Origin: a virus
Taxonomy: Duplodnaviria > Caudoviricetes
DNA: 45,321 nt
IMG/VR virus record: IMGVR_UViG_3300025103_000041
Coordinates: 1-45,321 of that record
Reading direction: 5' to 3' (one strand)
The translations under genes were made by a program, and so were the position numbers. Shown one piece after another: positions 26,169 through 35,378 of this stretch (position 1 is its first letter; each line of letters begins with the position of its first letter). A model generated the notes under the pieces. The model saw only the letters and a list, made by a program, of their open reading frames with translations. It searched no databases and was not told the DNA's origin.

Positions 26169-27026
26169 ATGCGTAAAGTAAAGCATAATAAGTTGCGTAA
26201 TTGCGGCCTATTGTTTGAATTTTTACTACGACAAATTACTTCTGATGTCTTGAATAAGATAGACGGAAGTAAAGCTGTTGCCATAGTAAAGAATAAATTC
26301 AATGAAAACACAGAGTTAGGAAAAGAATTAGCACTATATAACATCATTATAAACAAGAAGTTCGGTGATGATAGAAAGGCTGATTATTTTATAAATGAAG
26401 TAATTAACGAAAGACATAAGTTAAACAATGCTTCATTAAGACGAGAAAAATATAATCTAATAAAAACAATTAGTGAACACTATGACTTGCAAAAGTTCAT
26501 ATCTTCAAAAGTTGATAACTATAAGATTTATGCATCTGCTTTTAAACTATTTGAATACTCTGATTCATTATCACCTGATGAGAAAACTGAATCTCACTTT
26601 AATCTTGTTGAACATATAACAACAAAGAGTGAAATCAAACTATCAGAAACAATGACGGCTCTTCCGGATGACGAAGATTTGAGAATACTTACATATAAGA
26701 CATTACTTGAAAAGTTCAATCAAAAATACTCAAACTTAAACTCCCCACAAAAGAACTTATTAAAAGCTTATATCAACAATGTATCAAATACCAACTCACT
26801 TAAAGAATACATCGAAAGTGAAATCCCCAACATCAAAAAAGAACTTAAAGATAATAGTAAAAATCTAAAAGATAAAGTTGTTAAAATTAAGTTAAAAGAA
26901 GCTATCAATTCAGTTGATAAATTCTGTGATGTCGGTAATTCACAGAGCGTTAAAGATGACGCTGTAGTTCAGTTAATGAGATATTACGAGTTAGCAAAAC
27001 AGTTGAAGAACAGTGGACGAAAGTAA
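26169..27026 (+). CDS. Head-module hypothetical protein (helical)
   Basis: GGAG 8 nt before ATG 26169 (alternative start 26163); lies between portal and protease. Confidence 0.65.
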   Translation: MRKVKHNKLRNCGLLFEFLLRQITSDVLNKIDGSKAVAIVKNKFNENTELGKELALYNIIINKKFGDDRKADYFINEVINERHKLNNASLRREKYNLIKTISEHYDLQKFISSKVDNYKIYASAFKLFEYSDSLSPDEKTESHFNLVEHITTKSEIKLSETMTALPDDEDLRILTYKTLLEKFNQKYSNLNSPQKNLLKAYINNVSNTNSLKEYIESEIPNIKKELKDNSKNLKDKVVKIKLKEAINSVDKFCDVGNSQSVKDDAVVQLMRYYELAKQLKNSGRK

Positions 27027-27369
27027 GTTAAGAGAACTAATACGACACATCTTACAGAAAGAAATCTCTGGTACATCGGGTGCACCTGGATACGAAAAAC
27101 CACTCGAAGATGAAGATGAGTTGGAAGAAATAACAACAACTACTGATGCTGATGGTTATTCGACACCAAATGCATTTGGAAAAGGTGATGGAAAAAAGAA
27201 ACGAAAAGCCGGATTTGCAAAGGGACATAAAAAACCTAATGTATTCGGTTATTCTGTTGTTAAAGAAGAATTAGATAAAAAGGATATAGATATAATAAGA
27301 AAATTAATTAGAGACGTTATTTCAGATGTCTATCGTGACATTTGGATTAAACGAAATTCATGGAAGTAG
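27013..27369 (+). CDS. Hypothetical protein with leader-like ESKLRELIRHILQKE
   Basis: GTG start overlapping the upstream gene; its last 14 aa are duplicated in the 28476 ORF. Confidence 0.55.
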   Translation: MDESKLRELIRHILQKEISGTSGAPGYEKPLEDEDELEEITTTTDADGYSTPNAFGKGDGKKKRKAGFAKGHKKPNVFGYSVVKEELDKKDIDIIRKLIRDVISDVYRDIWIKRNSWK

Positions 27370-27569
27370 GAGAATAAACAATGTTTTATCAGGACCCGGA
27401 TAATTCAAAAAAACAAGTACCAGCTGGTATAACTTATCCAAGTACAAGTCATATTCCAGTATTTGCTACTGATGTGACAGCTCAAGTTGTTAAACCGGCA
27501 CCAGGTACAATGACTTATAGTACGGAAAGTAATAAAGTTTTTATTTATGATGGCACTGCCTGGGGTTAT
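27323..27569 (+). repeat. Direct repeat copy 1 (~250 nt, first 62 nt identical to copy 2)
   Basis: CAGATGTCTATCGTGACATTTGG...GAATAAACAATGT occurs at 27323 and 28681; similarity continues to the YDGxAWGY codons. Confidence 0.95.
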
Positions 27570-28241
27570 AGAGCATCAGAATTTATATCTTCTTTCACTA
27601 ATGATTATTCACTTGCCTTTGAGGGTGTTGATGAATATGTGGATATATCTATAACTAATTTTATGGATGCAGATTTTAGTATTAGTTGCTGGATGAATGC
27701 AGATAATGCTAATGTTGATTCGTGGGCAGGACTCGGTATAGGTTCTAATTATCAAAACGGATTAAAAATTGCTTATAACAGGTTATTATACAAGGATGAT
27801 GCTGCTAATGTTTATGTTGAAGATTTCAGTCCTGCTCCCAGTAATGATGAGTGGAATCATTTTGTTATATCGCATGATTTATCAACAAAGACTTTTAGTA
27901 TGTATCTTAATGCAAATACAGCAACGACATCTACATATTCAGATAATTTATTAACTGACCGTGCCAGCTCAGATAATCTCTATATCAGTTCATTGGGAAG
28001 ACCTTTTATAGGATATATTGATGAGGTATCTGTATTTAATGCAGCACTTTCATCGGCTGACGTAACAAGTCTTTATAATAATGGGGAACCAAATGATTTA
28101 TCAGAACTTGCTAATTTACACGGCTGGTGGAGAATGGGGGATGACGATACACATCCAACCATTACAGATAACTCAGGAGTAGGTAATGATGGAACAATGA
28201 TAAATATGGTATCAGGAGATATAGAGGAGAATACACCATAA
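27381..28241 (+). CDS. LamG/concanavalin-A-like domain protein (putative virion decoration/adhesin)
   Basis: YSLAFEGVDEYV, FSISCW, WNHFV, FIGYIDEVSVFNAALS..LYNNG, WWRMGD; N-terminus duplicated in the 28739 gene. Confidence 0.8.
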   Translation: MFYQDPDNSKKQVPAGITYPSTSHIPVFATDVTAQVVKPAPGTMTYSTESNKVFIYDGTAWGYRASEFISSFTNDYSLAFEGVDEYVDISITNFMDADFSISCWMNADNANVDSWAGLGIGSNYQNGLKIAYNRLLYKDDAANVYVEDFSPAPSNDEWNHFVISHDLSTKTFSMYLNANTATTSTYSDNLLTDRASSDNLYISSLGRPFIGYIDEVSVFNAALSSADVTSLYNNGEPNDLSELANLHGWWRMGDDDTHPTITDNSGVGNDGTMINMVSGDIEENTP

Positions 28242-28483
28242 TGTACGACAATAGAAAATGGGCAATTATAACCCTTGCTGATTATACATCAAACCAATTA
28301 GAAAATTTAGTAGCAAAATCTATCCAGACAAGTGTAAGTACACTTAGAAAGTCATTAGATAACACAAAAGCAATACTTAAATGGGATGGAGACACTCCCG
28401 AAGTATTTGATGGTATAACAACTTATTCTCATTCGGAGATTTTAGAAATTTTAAGTGGTAACGATTGGATAAATAATGACTAA
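28241..28483 (+). CDS. Small hypothetical protein accompanying the LamG gene
   Basis: TAATG coupling; TLRKSLDNTKAILKW...YSHSEILEIL..W. Confidence 0.6.
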   Translation: MYDNRKWAIITLADYTSNQLENLVAKSIQTSVSTLRKSLDNTKAILKWDGDTPEVFDGITTYSHSEILEILSGNDWINND

Positions 28484-28727
28484 ATTAACTAAACAAGATG
28501 AAACAACAATTAAACTAAGGGAAGTTATGTATGACAAATTAAAAGTAATTCATAAAAGAGTTGATGAAATACTATTATACGGTGAATATACAGGTGTAAC
28601 AAGCACCAATCACAACACTTATGAATGTGATACCCAAGCAGAATTAGATACTAAGGTAATAGAATTAGGATTTGATATTCCAGATGTCTATCGTGACATT
28701 TGGATTAAACGAAATTCATGGAAGTAG
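28476..28727 (+). CDS. Hypothetical protein whose C-terminus comes from the direct repeat
   Basis: Ends DVYRDIWIKRNSWK, identical to the 27013 ORF. Confidence 0.55.
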   Translation: MTKLTKQDETTIKLREVMYDKLKVIHKRVDEILLYGEYTGVTSTNHNTYECDTQAELDTKVIELGFDIPDVYRDIWIKRNSWK

Positions 28728-28936
28728 GAGAATAAACAATGTCTTATATACAGGACCCAGATAATTCAAAAAAACAAGTAGCGGTTGGTATAACTTATCC
28801 AAGTACAAGTCATATTCCAGTATTTGCTACAGACACTGCAGCTCAAGTTACTAAACCAGCAAAGGGTACAATGACTTATAGTACAGAACAAACTAATGGA
28901 AGAATTTATATCTATGATGGTAGCGCTTGGGGCTAT
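28681..28936 (+). repeat. Direct repeat copy 2
   Basis: 1358 nt downstream of copy 1. Confidence 0.95.
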
Positions 28937-28954
28937 TTAGATATGACTGCATAG
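28739..28954 (+). CDS. Small protein, paralog of the LamG protein N-terminal domain
   Basis: QDPDNSKKQV..GITYPSTSHIPVFATD..GTMTYSTE..YDGSAWGY; AGGAG RBS. Confidence 0.7.
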   Translation: MSYIQDPDNSKKQVAVGITYPSTSHIPVFATDTAAQVTKPAKGTMTYSTEQTNGRIYIYDGSAWGYLDMTA

Positions 28955-28998
28955 GGAGAATATTAAAATGTCAAAACAAATATTTTGGAGAAATGATA

Positions 28999-29607
28999 AT
29001 GAATAGAGAGTTAATAGTAGATTGTCTGCCATTTGAAATAAATGAACAACAAATCAATGAATCCATTAAAACAAATGGTAAATTGATAGTGAAGGGAGTT
29101 CTTCAAAGAGCAGAAGCGATTAATCAAAATAAAAGAGTATATCCAAAGGAAACTCTTATGAGAGAAGCAAAGAAATACACAGCTACCCAAATCAAAGAAA
29201 GACGGGCTCTCGGAGAACTTGACCATCCAGATTCATCAGTCGTAAACTTAAACAATGTATCACATAACATTATGGAAATGCATTGGAATGGTGATGATTT
29301 AGTTGGAACGGTTGAAGTATTAGGAACACCAAGTGGAAATATCTTAAAAGAATTATTTAAAAGTGGAATTAAACTCGGAATATCATCTCGTGGTTTAGGT
29401 TCAGTTAAAGAAGTAAATGAGGATGGTGGTGAAGAAGATACTGTTGAAGTTCAACCTGACTTTGAATTGATTGCATTTGACTTTGTATCAAACCCATCAA
29501 CGCACGGAGCTTTCCTATCACCGATTAAAGAAGGTGTTGAAAAGAAAACTTGTACAGTCGATTGTAAAATTGAAAGTATCATAAACGATATATTCAGAGG
29601 AGAGTAA
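28999..29607 (+). CDS. Prohead core protease (T4 gp21-like)
   Basis: NQNKRVYP, ALGELDHP (His), GISSRGLGS (Ser), FDFVSNPS; GGAG RBS favours ATG 28999. Confidence 0.92.
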   Translation: MNRELIVDCLPFEINEQQINESIKTNGKLIVKGVLQRAEAINQNKRVYPKETLMREAKKYTATQIKERRALGELDHPDSSVVNLNNVSHNIMEMHWNGDDLVGTVEVLGTPSGNILKELFKSGIKLGISSRGLGSVKEVNEDGGEEDTVEVQPDFELIAFDFVSNPSTHGAFLSPIKEGVEKKTCTVDCKIESIINDIFRGE

Positions 29608-29609
29608 GA

Positions 29610-30023
29610 ATGAAATACAGAGATATGTTAGGATTTCCAAAGAAACAATCAAAAAAGAAAGTTGTTCCAGAACAACCCAAACCCTCTGTATCTGATTTAC
29701 TTAAAGAAGAGTTTGGTGATGTAGAGTTAGGAAAGATTTATACCGATAAGGATAAACCACCATTTCAAGTTAATGAAGCAAAACTATCCATTGGTGGTGT
29801 TAAATTTGTTGTAAGTATTAATGTAAAAGATGGATTGGTATTAAATTTTATTCCAACAAAAATGGTAGATGATAAAGATAAAGTTTGGAGTATATTAAAT
29901 AAACATTTACAGAAGAAATTAAAGTTCGCTGATTTTTCAGAATATCGAGGTATATCAAGTGGATTTTCATTTAAGATTGATAAATATGATGTTGAAGACT
30001 GGTTAATTAAACTGATTAAGTAA
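29610..30023 (+). CDS. Hypothetical head-module protein
   Basis: Shares ELGK(I/V)YTDxxxPPFxxxEA with the 32712 gene. Confidence 0.6.
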   Translation: MKYRDMLGFPKKQSKKKVVPEQPKPSVSDLLKEEFGDVELGKIYTDKDKPPFQVNEAKLSIGGVKFVVSINVKDGLVLNFIPTKMVDDKDKVWSILNKHLQKKLKFADFSEYRGISSGFSFKIDKYDVEDWLIKLIK

Positions 30024-31916
30024 ATGCCGGCATCTTCTAAATCACAACAAAGATTTATGGGTATGGTACGGTCATACCAAAAAGGTGAATTGAAAAATCC
30101 ATCAAAAGCAGTTAAAGATGCAGCTAAACAGATGAATCCAGAAGATGTTGAAGATTATGCTGAAACTGACCATGAGGGATTACCTAATAAGGTAAAAACT
30201 GAAGTTAAAGAACGAGATTACAAAGATGAATATAAGAAATTTCAGTCATCTACGAAATCTAAAAAATATAGAGCAGAATTAAACAAGTACAATCGAAAAA
30301 AAGGTACTTACGGAAACGGTGATGGTAAAGATGCATCACATAAAGGTGGAAAAATTGCTGGATTTGAAGACGAATCCAAAAACAGAGGTCGTAAAGAGAA
30401 ATCACGACTGAAAAAGAAAACATCGGAGAATGTCGATATGAACGAACAAAAATTGAGAGAAATGATACGGGAAGTTTTGAGTGAAGCTGCTAAACCTGGT
30501 AAATGGGTCGTTTATACAGAAGATAGTAGTGGAAATAACAAAGTAATTAAAGCTGTGAAAAGTCACAGAGCCGCAGTCATCTTAATGAATAAAATTGTAG
30601 ATAGTGATAAATACGATAATGTTGCAATATCAGCAGTATCATCTTGGAATGAAAAACCATATAATAAAAGTATTAAAGAATCAAAACTCAACGAAGCCAA
30701 AGAAGAAAAAGTATATATGCTAAACGGTATGTTATGGTTATCTTATTCACCAGATAGTGGTCAAACAACAAGAGTTAGAGGTAGAGGGTGGATTACAGAC
30801 CAATCAGGTAGTAAGAATTTTGATTCCGGTGTAAAAGGATTTGCTAAATGGTCAAAAACTCAAAAACCAATAAAGAAAAAAACAGCAAGTAACGGAAGTA
30901 AAGTATCATTGTTCAAGATTCCAGAATATTCTGGTGGAAGTGCAAAAGAATATACAATATGGGGTGGTGATGAAAAACCAAAGAAATGGGTTTATCTATT
31001 AATTTCAATTGGTAAAAAGATAAATGTAATTTCAGTATTTCATTCAAAAGCTGAAGCGATGTCTTGGATTGGTCATACAGCAGAAAATGTGAAAGAAGGA
31101 AAACTTAAAGAAGGTAAGTTTTCAAAAGAACAGTTGAATCTTTTGAAATTGGGGTATGGAAGTCTTAATAAACTGGATCCATCTTCACCTACCTATAAGA
31201 AATTTATTAAGTTTTTAGAGAAGCTACCTAAAGACGAATTGAAACAATTAGCGAATGCTGATATAAAATTTGTATCAATGTTAGCAAAGAATAGAATTAA
31301 AGAAGGAAAACTTACAGAAGTAAATAAATCTTTACCACCATTTGAAATCGCTAAACGAATGATGAAAAGTAAGTATTGGAACAAAGCTGGTAAGGGTTTC
31401 TCTGAAAAGGTTATCAAAAAGTTTAGAGGTAGAGGAGTAACACCAAAATCATTAGATAAGTGGTTACCAGATTATATAGATGGTAAAGAAATATCAAAAT
31501 TATTTGAAGGAAAACTTACTGAAAAGAACATCAGTCAAGATAGATGGGATAAAGCTTTGGAGGGTACTTGGATTGTTTATGATGGAGCTACTGATAAAAC
31601 TTTAACTGTAGTTAAAAACAAAGAGATGGCTATAAAGATGCTGAAACGAGAATTAGATAAATCTCCACCTCGTTCCTTAAATATTGGTATTAGACCACTC
31701 GGAGAAGGAAAACTTACAGAAAAAAAAGAATCTGCAATAGATGTAGTAAAAAGAATTGTAAAGAATCATCAACACGAAAAGGGTGTAGATGTACAAACTG
31801 CTAATTTGATATTAAGAATACACAGTGCTTATGATAAGAATCCAGCATTACAAAAGAAATTTGAAAAAATGCCATTGAAAAAAATGGCTCAAGGTGTATG
31901 GAGATTTGTAAAATGA
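30024..31916 (+). CDS. Modular polyprotein (DUF3008-like N-terminus, HNH-like module, leader motif, EGKLxE-delimited modules)
   Basis: MPASSKSQQRFMG..GLP; GDGKDASH..NRGR; internal MNEQKLREMIREVLSE. Ends at TGA overlapping the next ATG (or at TAA 31920-31922 if read through). Confidence 0.7.
   Translation: MPASSKSQQRFMGMVRSYQKGELKNPSKAVKDAAKQMNPEDVEDYAETDHEGLPNKVKTEVKERDYKDEYKKFQSSTKSKKYRAELNKYNRKKGTYGNGDGKDASHKGGKIAGFEDESKNRGRKEKSRLKKKTSENVDMNEQKLREMIREVLSEAAKPGKWVVYTEDSSGNNKVIKAVKSHRAAVILMNKIVDSDKYDNVAISAVSSWNEKPYNKSIKESKLNEAKEEKVYMLNGMLWLSYSPDSGQTTRVRGRGWITDQSGSKNFDSGVKGFAKWSKTQKPIKKKTASNGSKVSLFKIPEYSGGSAKEYTIWGGDEKPKKWVYLLISIGKKINVISVFHSKAEAMSWIGHTAENVKEGKLKEGKFSKEQLNLLKLGYGSLNKLDPSSPTYKKFIKFLEKLPKDELKQLANADIKFVSMLAKNRIKEGKLTEVNKSLPPFEIAKRMMKSKYWNKAGKGFSEKVIKKFRGRGVTPKSLDKWLPDYIDGKEISKLFEGKLTEKNISQDRWDKALEGTWIVYDGATDKTLTVVKNKEMAIKMLKRELDKSPPRSLNIGIRPLGEGKLTEKKESAIDVVKRIVKNHQHEKGVDVQTANLILRIHSAYDKNPALQKKFEKMPLKKMAQGVWRFVK
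31095..31721 (+). repeat. Four copies of GAAGGAAAACTTA (EGKL(T/K)E linker) at ~200-nt spacing
   Basis: Copies at 31095, 31302, 31506 and 31704; spacings 207, 204 and 198 nt, all in frame. Confidence 0.9.
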
Positions 31917-32206
31917 AACTAACTAAATCACAATTAAAAGAAATGATTAGAGAAGAACTATTAAATGAATATATAGATTTAGCTGACCCAATACAAAAAG
32001 CTAAAGACGCTTTGGATGGTGCCAAAGATGATTTAGATTATTTAGCAGGGGGTTCAACTGATACGGACAGTATAGAATATGATAGTCCAGGTGGTCATTA
32101 TACATATAAGAACAGACATAAAGCATTAACTAAGTGGCAACAGAGTGTTGATAAAACTCTTAAAAAAATAATGAAAGATTATGAAAAAGCTTGGAAGGTG
32201 AAATAA
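31913..32206 (+). CDS. Leader-tagged small protein (MKLTKSQLKEMIREELLNE)
   Basis: ATGA overlap with the upstream gene; shared leader. Confidence 0.75.
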   Translation: MKLTKSQLKEMIREELLNEYIDLADPIQKAKDALDGAKDDLDYLAGGSTDTDSIEYDSPGGHYTYKNRHKALTKWQQSVDKTLKKIMKDYEKAWKVK

Positions 32207-32464
32207 ATGAAACTAACTAAATCAAAACTCAAAGAAATGATTAGAGAAGAATTGTTGAATGAGGGTCCTGCAGCTGATTATGCTGGGCAATATGACAAAA
32301 TTAAAAAAACATATGGGGCTTTTTGGGATGCAGTTCATGATATGGAATCTTTACTTAAATCTAAAGGTTTGGGGAGACACGCAAAAGAATTAAATAAACA
32401 ATATAAGAAAAATGTGGAAGGATTTTATAAGTTTTTCTTTAAAATGATGGATAAATTACAATAA
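32207..32464 (+). CDS. Leader-tagged small protein (MKLTKSKLKEMIREELLNE)
   Basis: Shared leader, unrelated body. Confidence 0.75.
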   Translation: MKLTKSKLKEMIREELLNEGPAADYAGQYDKIKKTYGAFWDAVHDMESLLKSKGLGRHAKELNKQYKKNVEGFYKFFFKMMDKLQ

Positions 32465-32712
32465 TGAAAATAACAAAAGCAAAACTCAAAGAAATGATTA
32501 GAGAAGAACTTCAAAACATTGAAGAAGCTGCTCCTAAAATGAAAGTAAAACCAGGTGAAAAACAAGTTAAAGCACTTGTAAGAAATTTGGAACAACTTAA
32601 ATCAATAGATATATCATCAAGACATAGTTCCAGTTTATTTAAGAGTATAAAGAAAGCTCAAAAAGCTGTTAGTGACATTGGTCAAGTAATCAAAATGAGT
32701 AACAAACTGTAA
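32464..32712 (+). CDS. Leader-tagged small protein (MKITKAKLKEMIREELQNIEE)
   Basis: TAATG coupling; shared leader. Confidence 0.75.
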   Translation: MKITKAKLKEMIREELQNIEEAAPKMKVKPGEKQVKALVRNLEQLKSIDISSRHSSSLFKSIKKAQKAVSDIGQVIKMSNKL

Positions 32713-32987
32713 TGAAACTCACAGACTTAATAAAAGATTTAGAATTAGGAAAAGTCTATACAGATAGTAATAGACCACCATTCAAGATAGATGAAGCTTC
32801 AGACAAAATACAAGTTCAAGGTGTCGGTGTATATCCTTATGATGTATTAAAGAAGAAAGTTCAAAAGATGTCTATTGACTTATTGAAGAACGCAAAGAAA
32901 GGTGAATGGAAGAAATCATCAAGAAATGGTATTAGAGCTTTTGCTGAAATGTGGGATGCGTTAGCTAAGTATGAGGAAAAAAAGTAA
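32712..32987 (+). CDS. Small protein with MKLTDLIKDLE leader
   Basis: TAATG coupling; motif shared with the 29610 gene. Confidence 0.7.
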   Translation: MKLTDLIKDLELGKVYTDSNRPPFKIDEASDKIQVQGVGVYPYDVLKKKVQKMSIDLLKNAKKGEWKKSSRNGIRAFAEMWDALAKYEEKK

Positions 32988-32988
32988 G

Positions 32989-33435
32989 ATGAAACTTACT
33001 GAACAAAAATTAAGACAATTGATTAGACATACTATTAGAGAAGCTTCTACTATTGGTTATGCCGGTGATACATTTAATACAGATATTGAAGGTAACTATG
33101 ATGTAATTAAGAAAAAAACCAATAAACTACAAATGTCCACACCAGGATTTACATCAAAAGAAGCGAGAGCGATAGTTGAAAAACAACTTAAACAACATTC
33201 AAAGATGTTGAAAAAAGTAAAGTATAATTTAATAAAGGATTGGTTACAATTAGCCAAATCAGGAAAAGCTGATTACTTTGATGTGATGAGAGTTGTCAGA
33301 TGGGGAGATATAAGAAGAGCATCAGGAGATGAATTAAATTTTATGAAATCTGTTTTAATGGATGAAAGAGTAGAAAACGGATTTAGAAGATATTATAAAG
33401 GCAAAAAGGGAATGCCAACCCGTAAATGGAAATAA
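32989..33435 (+). CDS. Leader-tagged protein (MKLTEQKLRQLIRHTIRE)
   Basis: ATG 32989 is 1 nt after the upstream stop; leader variant. Confidence 0.7.
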   Translation: MKLTEQKLRQLIRHTIREASTIGYAGDTFNTDIEGNYDVIKKKTNKLQMSTPGFTSKEARAIVEKQLKQHSKMLKKVKYNLIKDWLQLAKSGKADYFDVMRVVRWGDIRRASGDELNFMKSVLMDERVENGFRRYYKGKKGMPTRKWK

Positions 33436-33443
33436 CGGAGAAT

Positions 33444-33644
33444 ATGATGAGAGTTACTAATGAACAAATAATACAGGAACTAAAATCTATTGAAAAAGAG
33501 TTACCACAAAATAGTAGTTATGTTGTTAGTAGTATTAATAGTAATTTTAGAAATATAAATTACAATCAAAGTGTTATGAAGAATGATATGAAAGAAATGA
33601 TTAGAGCATGTAACGATAGGAGTCTAGGTTGTGGCCACAAATAA
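33444..33644 (+). CDS. Small hypothetical protein
   Basis: GGAG RBS; N-terminus TNEQIIQELKSIEKELP resembles TNKEILEQIEDLRKKMP of the next gene. Confidence 0.45.
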   Translation: MMRVTNEQIIQELKSIEKELPQNSSYVVSSINSNFRNINYNQSVMKNDMKEMIRACNDRSLGCGHK

Positions 33645-33990
33645 AGAAATATTAGAACAAATTGAAGATTTACGAAAGAAGATGCCAAATGGTGAATTAA
33701 CTCTATTAGCTAAGTCAGTAGATGATTTACAGAATGGCCAAAAAGAATTAAAAAAAGATATTCGAGACCTTAAAAAACAATTACTTGACCCTGATGATGG
33801 TGTCGTGATAAGAGTTAATAAAAATTCAGATGTTCGTAAATATTGGGAAACAAGAAACGATGATGTTGAAAGTGGATTTTCACATATACGAAATTTATTA
33901 AACTGGCAATTTGGTGTGAATAAAGCATTATGGATTTTATTTACAGCTACAATAAGTTTAATTGTTAAATTAGCATTTTTTAATGGATAA
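33631..33990 (+). CDS. Coiled-coil protein with C-terminal TM helix
   Basis: AGGAG RBS and GTG start; C-terminal ALWILFTATISLIVKLAFF. Confidence 0.6.
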   Translation: MATNKEILEQIEDLRKKMPNGELTLLAKSVDDLQNGQKELKKDIRDLKKQLLDPDDGVVIRVNKNSDVRKYWETRNDDVESGFSHIRNLLNWQFGVNKALWILFTATISLIVKLAFFNG

Positions 33991-34402
33991 GAATATGACA
34001 TTTGAAGAAAAAATATATAAATTATTAAATGAAGCATCAGCTGGTGGATCAGTTGGTGGGTTCGTTGGAAGAAAAGGACAAGATATTGATGATTTATTTT
34101 CAGGTCCATTCTATCCATCAATAGAAGCAAAAGGTGTATTGAAAGACCAAGTCCAAAGAAATGAAGATAATATAAAATTTAGTGAAGAATTAACACCACT
34201 ACAAGAAGTAGAAATGATGTTGGTTGAAATGGAATATGTATTTGATGAATATCCTGAATATGCAGATAAGTTGATATTTATTAATGATACAGAAGATATG
34301 AAAGAAGTAGATTTAGAAATACAATATGATGACCCTGATTGTGGGTGTGATAAATCAATATTCATAAACGACACAAATGACTATAAATTAGTTGGAGAAT
34401 AA
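33983..34402 (+). CDS. Acidic hypothetical protein with FEEKIYKLLNE leader-like N-terminus
   Basis: Internal duplicated IFINDT motif. Confidence 0.6.
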   Translation: MDKNMTFEEKIYKLLNEASAGGSVGGFVGRKGQDIDDLFSGPFYPSIEAKGVLKDQVQRNEDNIKFSEELTPLQEVEMMLVEMEYVFDEYPEYADKLIFINDTEDMKEVDLEIQYDDPDCGCDKSIFINDTNDYKLVGE

Positions 34403-34405
34403 AAA

Positions 34406-34666
34406 ATGAAACTAACAAAAAGTAAATTAAAACAAATCATTAGAGAAGAAATTAAGAAGTTAAATGAAGGCGGTATTGGTAAATTCGGTAGAGATGAATC
34501 TGATGTATTTGGTGGTATTGTAATGCAAAACAAAAACAAAAAACCAAAGGATATTTTAAAAATAGTATTAAAGGATAAGTTTTTAACTAAAAATATTAAA
34601 AGTAAGGGAATTAGTAACAAAGAGTTATTGAATTATATTGATGGTGAATTAAGATTTGCTAGATAG
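34406..34666 (+). CDS. Leader-tagged small protein (MKLTKSKLKQIIREEIKKLNE)
   Basis: GGAG RBS; body paralogous to the 37696 gene. Confidence 0.75.
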   Translation: MKLTKSKLKQIIREEIKKLNEGGIGKFGRDESDVFGGIVMQNKNKKPKDILKIVLKDKFLTKNIKSKGISNKELLNYIDGELRFAR

Positions 34667-34829
34667 GGAAATAATTATGAAAATTACACCAGTACAGGTT
34701 AAAAAATACAACAAAATTACATATGCAATTAAAAAAAGTAAAGATACCAAGTGTTAAATCAATTGAAGTGGTAGATAGAAATCAACTGAAATCATATAAA
34801 TTAAATTCATTAAGTTAGGAGAAAATAAA

Positions 34830-35366
34830 ATGAAATTGACAAAAACAAGATTAAAAGAGATGATAAGAGAAGAAATTAAATCTTTACGAGAGATTAGTGG
34901 AACTTTGGGTGGATCAAAACAAATAAAAGGTGTAAAAGCACAAGCTTCAAATGTTAAATCAAAAAAAGCAACAAGAGATACAAAACAAACAGCTAAAACA
35001 TCAAAATTAAATACTTGGAATGATGCTAAAGCTGACTATGTTACAAAAGCAGCCGCAGTTGATACAAACAAACAGTTCAGAAAATCAGCTGGTAAAGGTA
35101 AATATAATTATAGTAAATCAAAAGGTAAGGGATATTCAACAAATCCAGATTATACATTAAAAGTATCAGCCAGAGATTCAGCAGAAACTGCAAGAGATAG
35201 TACAAAAGCAGATTACGATACAGCATCATCTGATTTTGATACATCAATATCGAATTTATCAGCTGCTGAGAAAGCACAAGTCCAAGCTTACATAGACGCT
35301 AATCTAGGATTTGGTGGTGGTGGTGGTGGTCAACTTGGAAAAAATTCAAAGAAAAACAAAAAGTAG
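34830..35366 (+). CDS. Leader-tagged Lys/Ala/Ser/Thr-rich protein (MKLTKTRLKEMIREEIKSLRE)
   Basis: AGGAG RBS; shared leader. Confidence 0.75.
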   Translation: MKLTKTRLKEMIREEIKSLREISGTLGGSKQIKGVKAQASNVKSKKATRDTKQTAKTSKLNTWNDAKADYVTKAAAVDTNKQFRKSAGKGKYNYSKSKGKGYSTNPDYTLKVSARDSAETARDSTKADYDTASSDFDTSISNLSAAEKAQVQAYIDANLGFGGGGGGQLGKNSKKNKK

Positions 35367-35378
35367 GGAGAAACTACA

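Noticed and set aside
27323-28936. DGR template/variable repeat pair
   Set aside because: Mismatches are not adenine-specific (C/G, C/T, G/T occur), the repeats cover N-termini, and there is no reverse transcriptase in the window
28927-28998. Longer ORF-track start for the protease (likewise 14671, 31898, 32971, 39308)
   Set aside because: These starts overlap upstream genes or the RBS; downstream ATGs have better SD spacing or begin the shared leader
31095-31721. CRISPR array
   Set aside because: The repeat is 13-18 nt, spacers are ~190 nt, all in frame within a CDS, and there are no cas genes
34677-34818. Programmed frameshift at an A7 run joining a 26-codon ORF to a downstream frame
   Set aside because: No recognisable product or stimulatory structure; cannot be distinguished from a homopolymer error or a remnant
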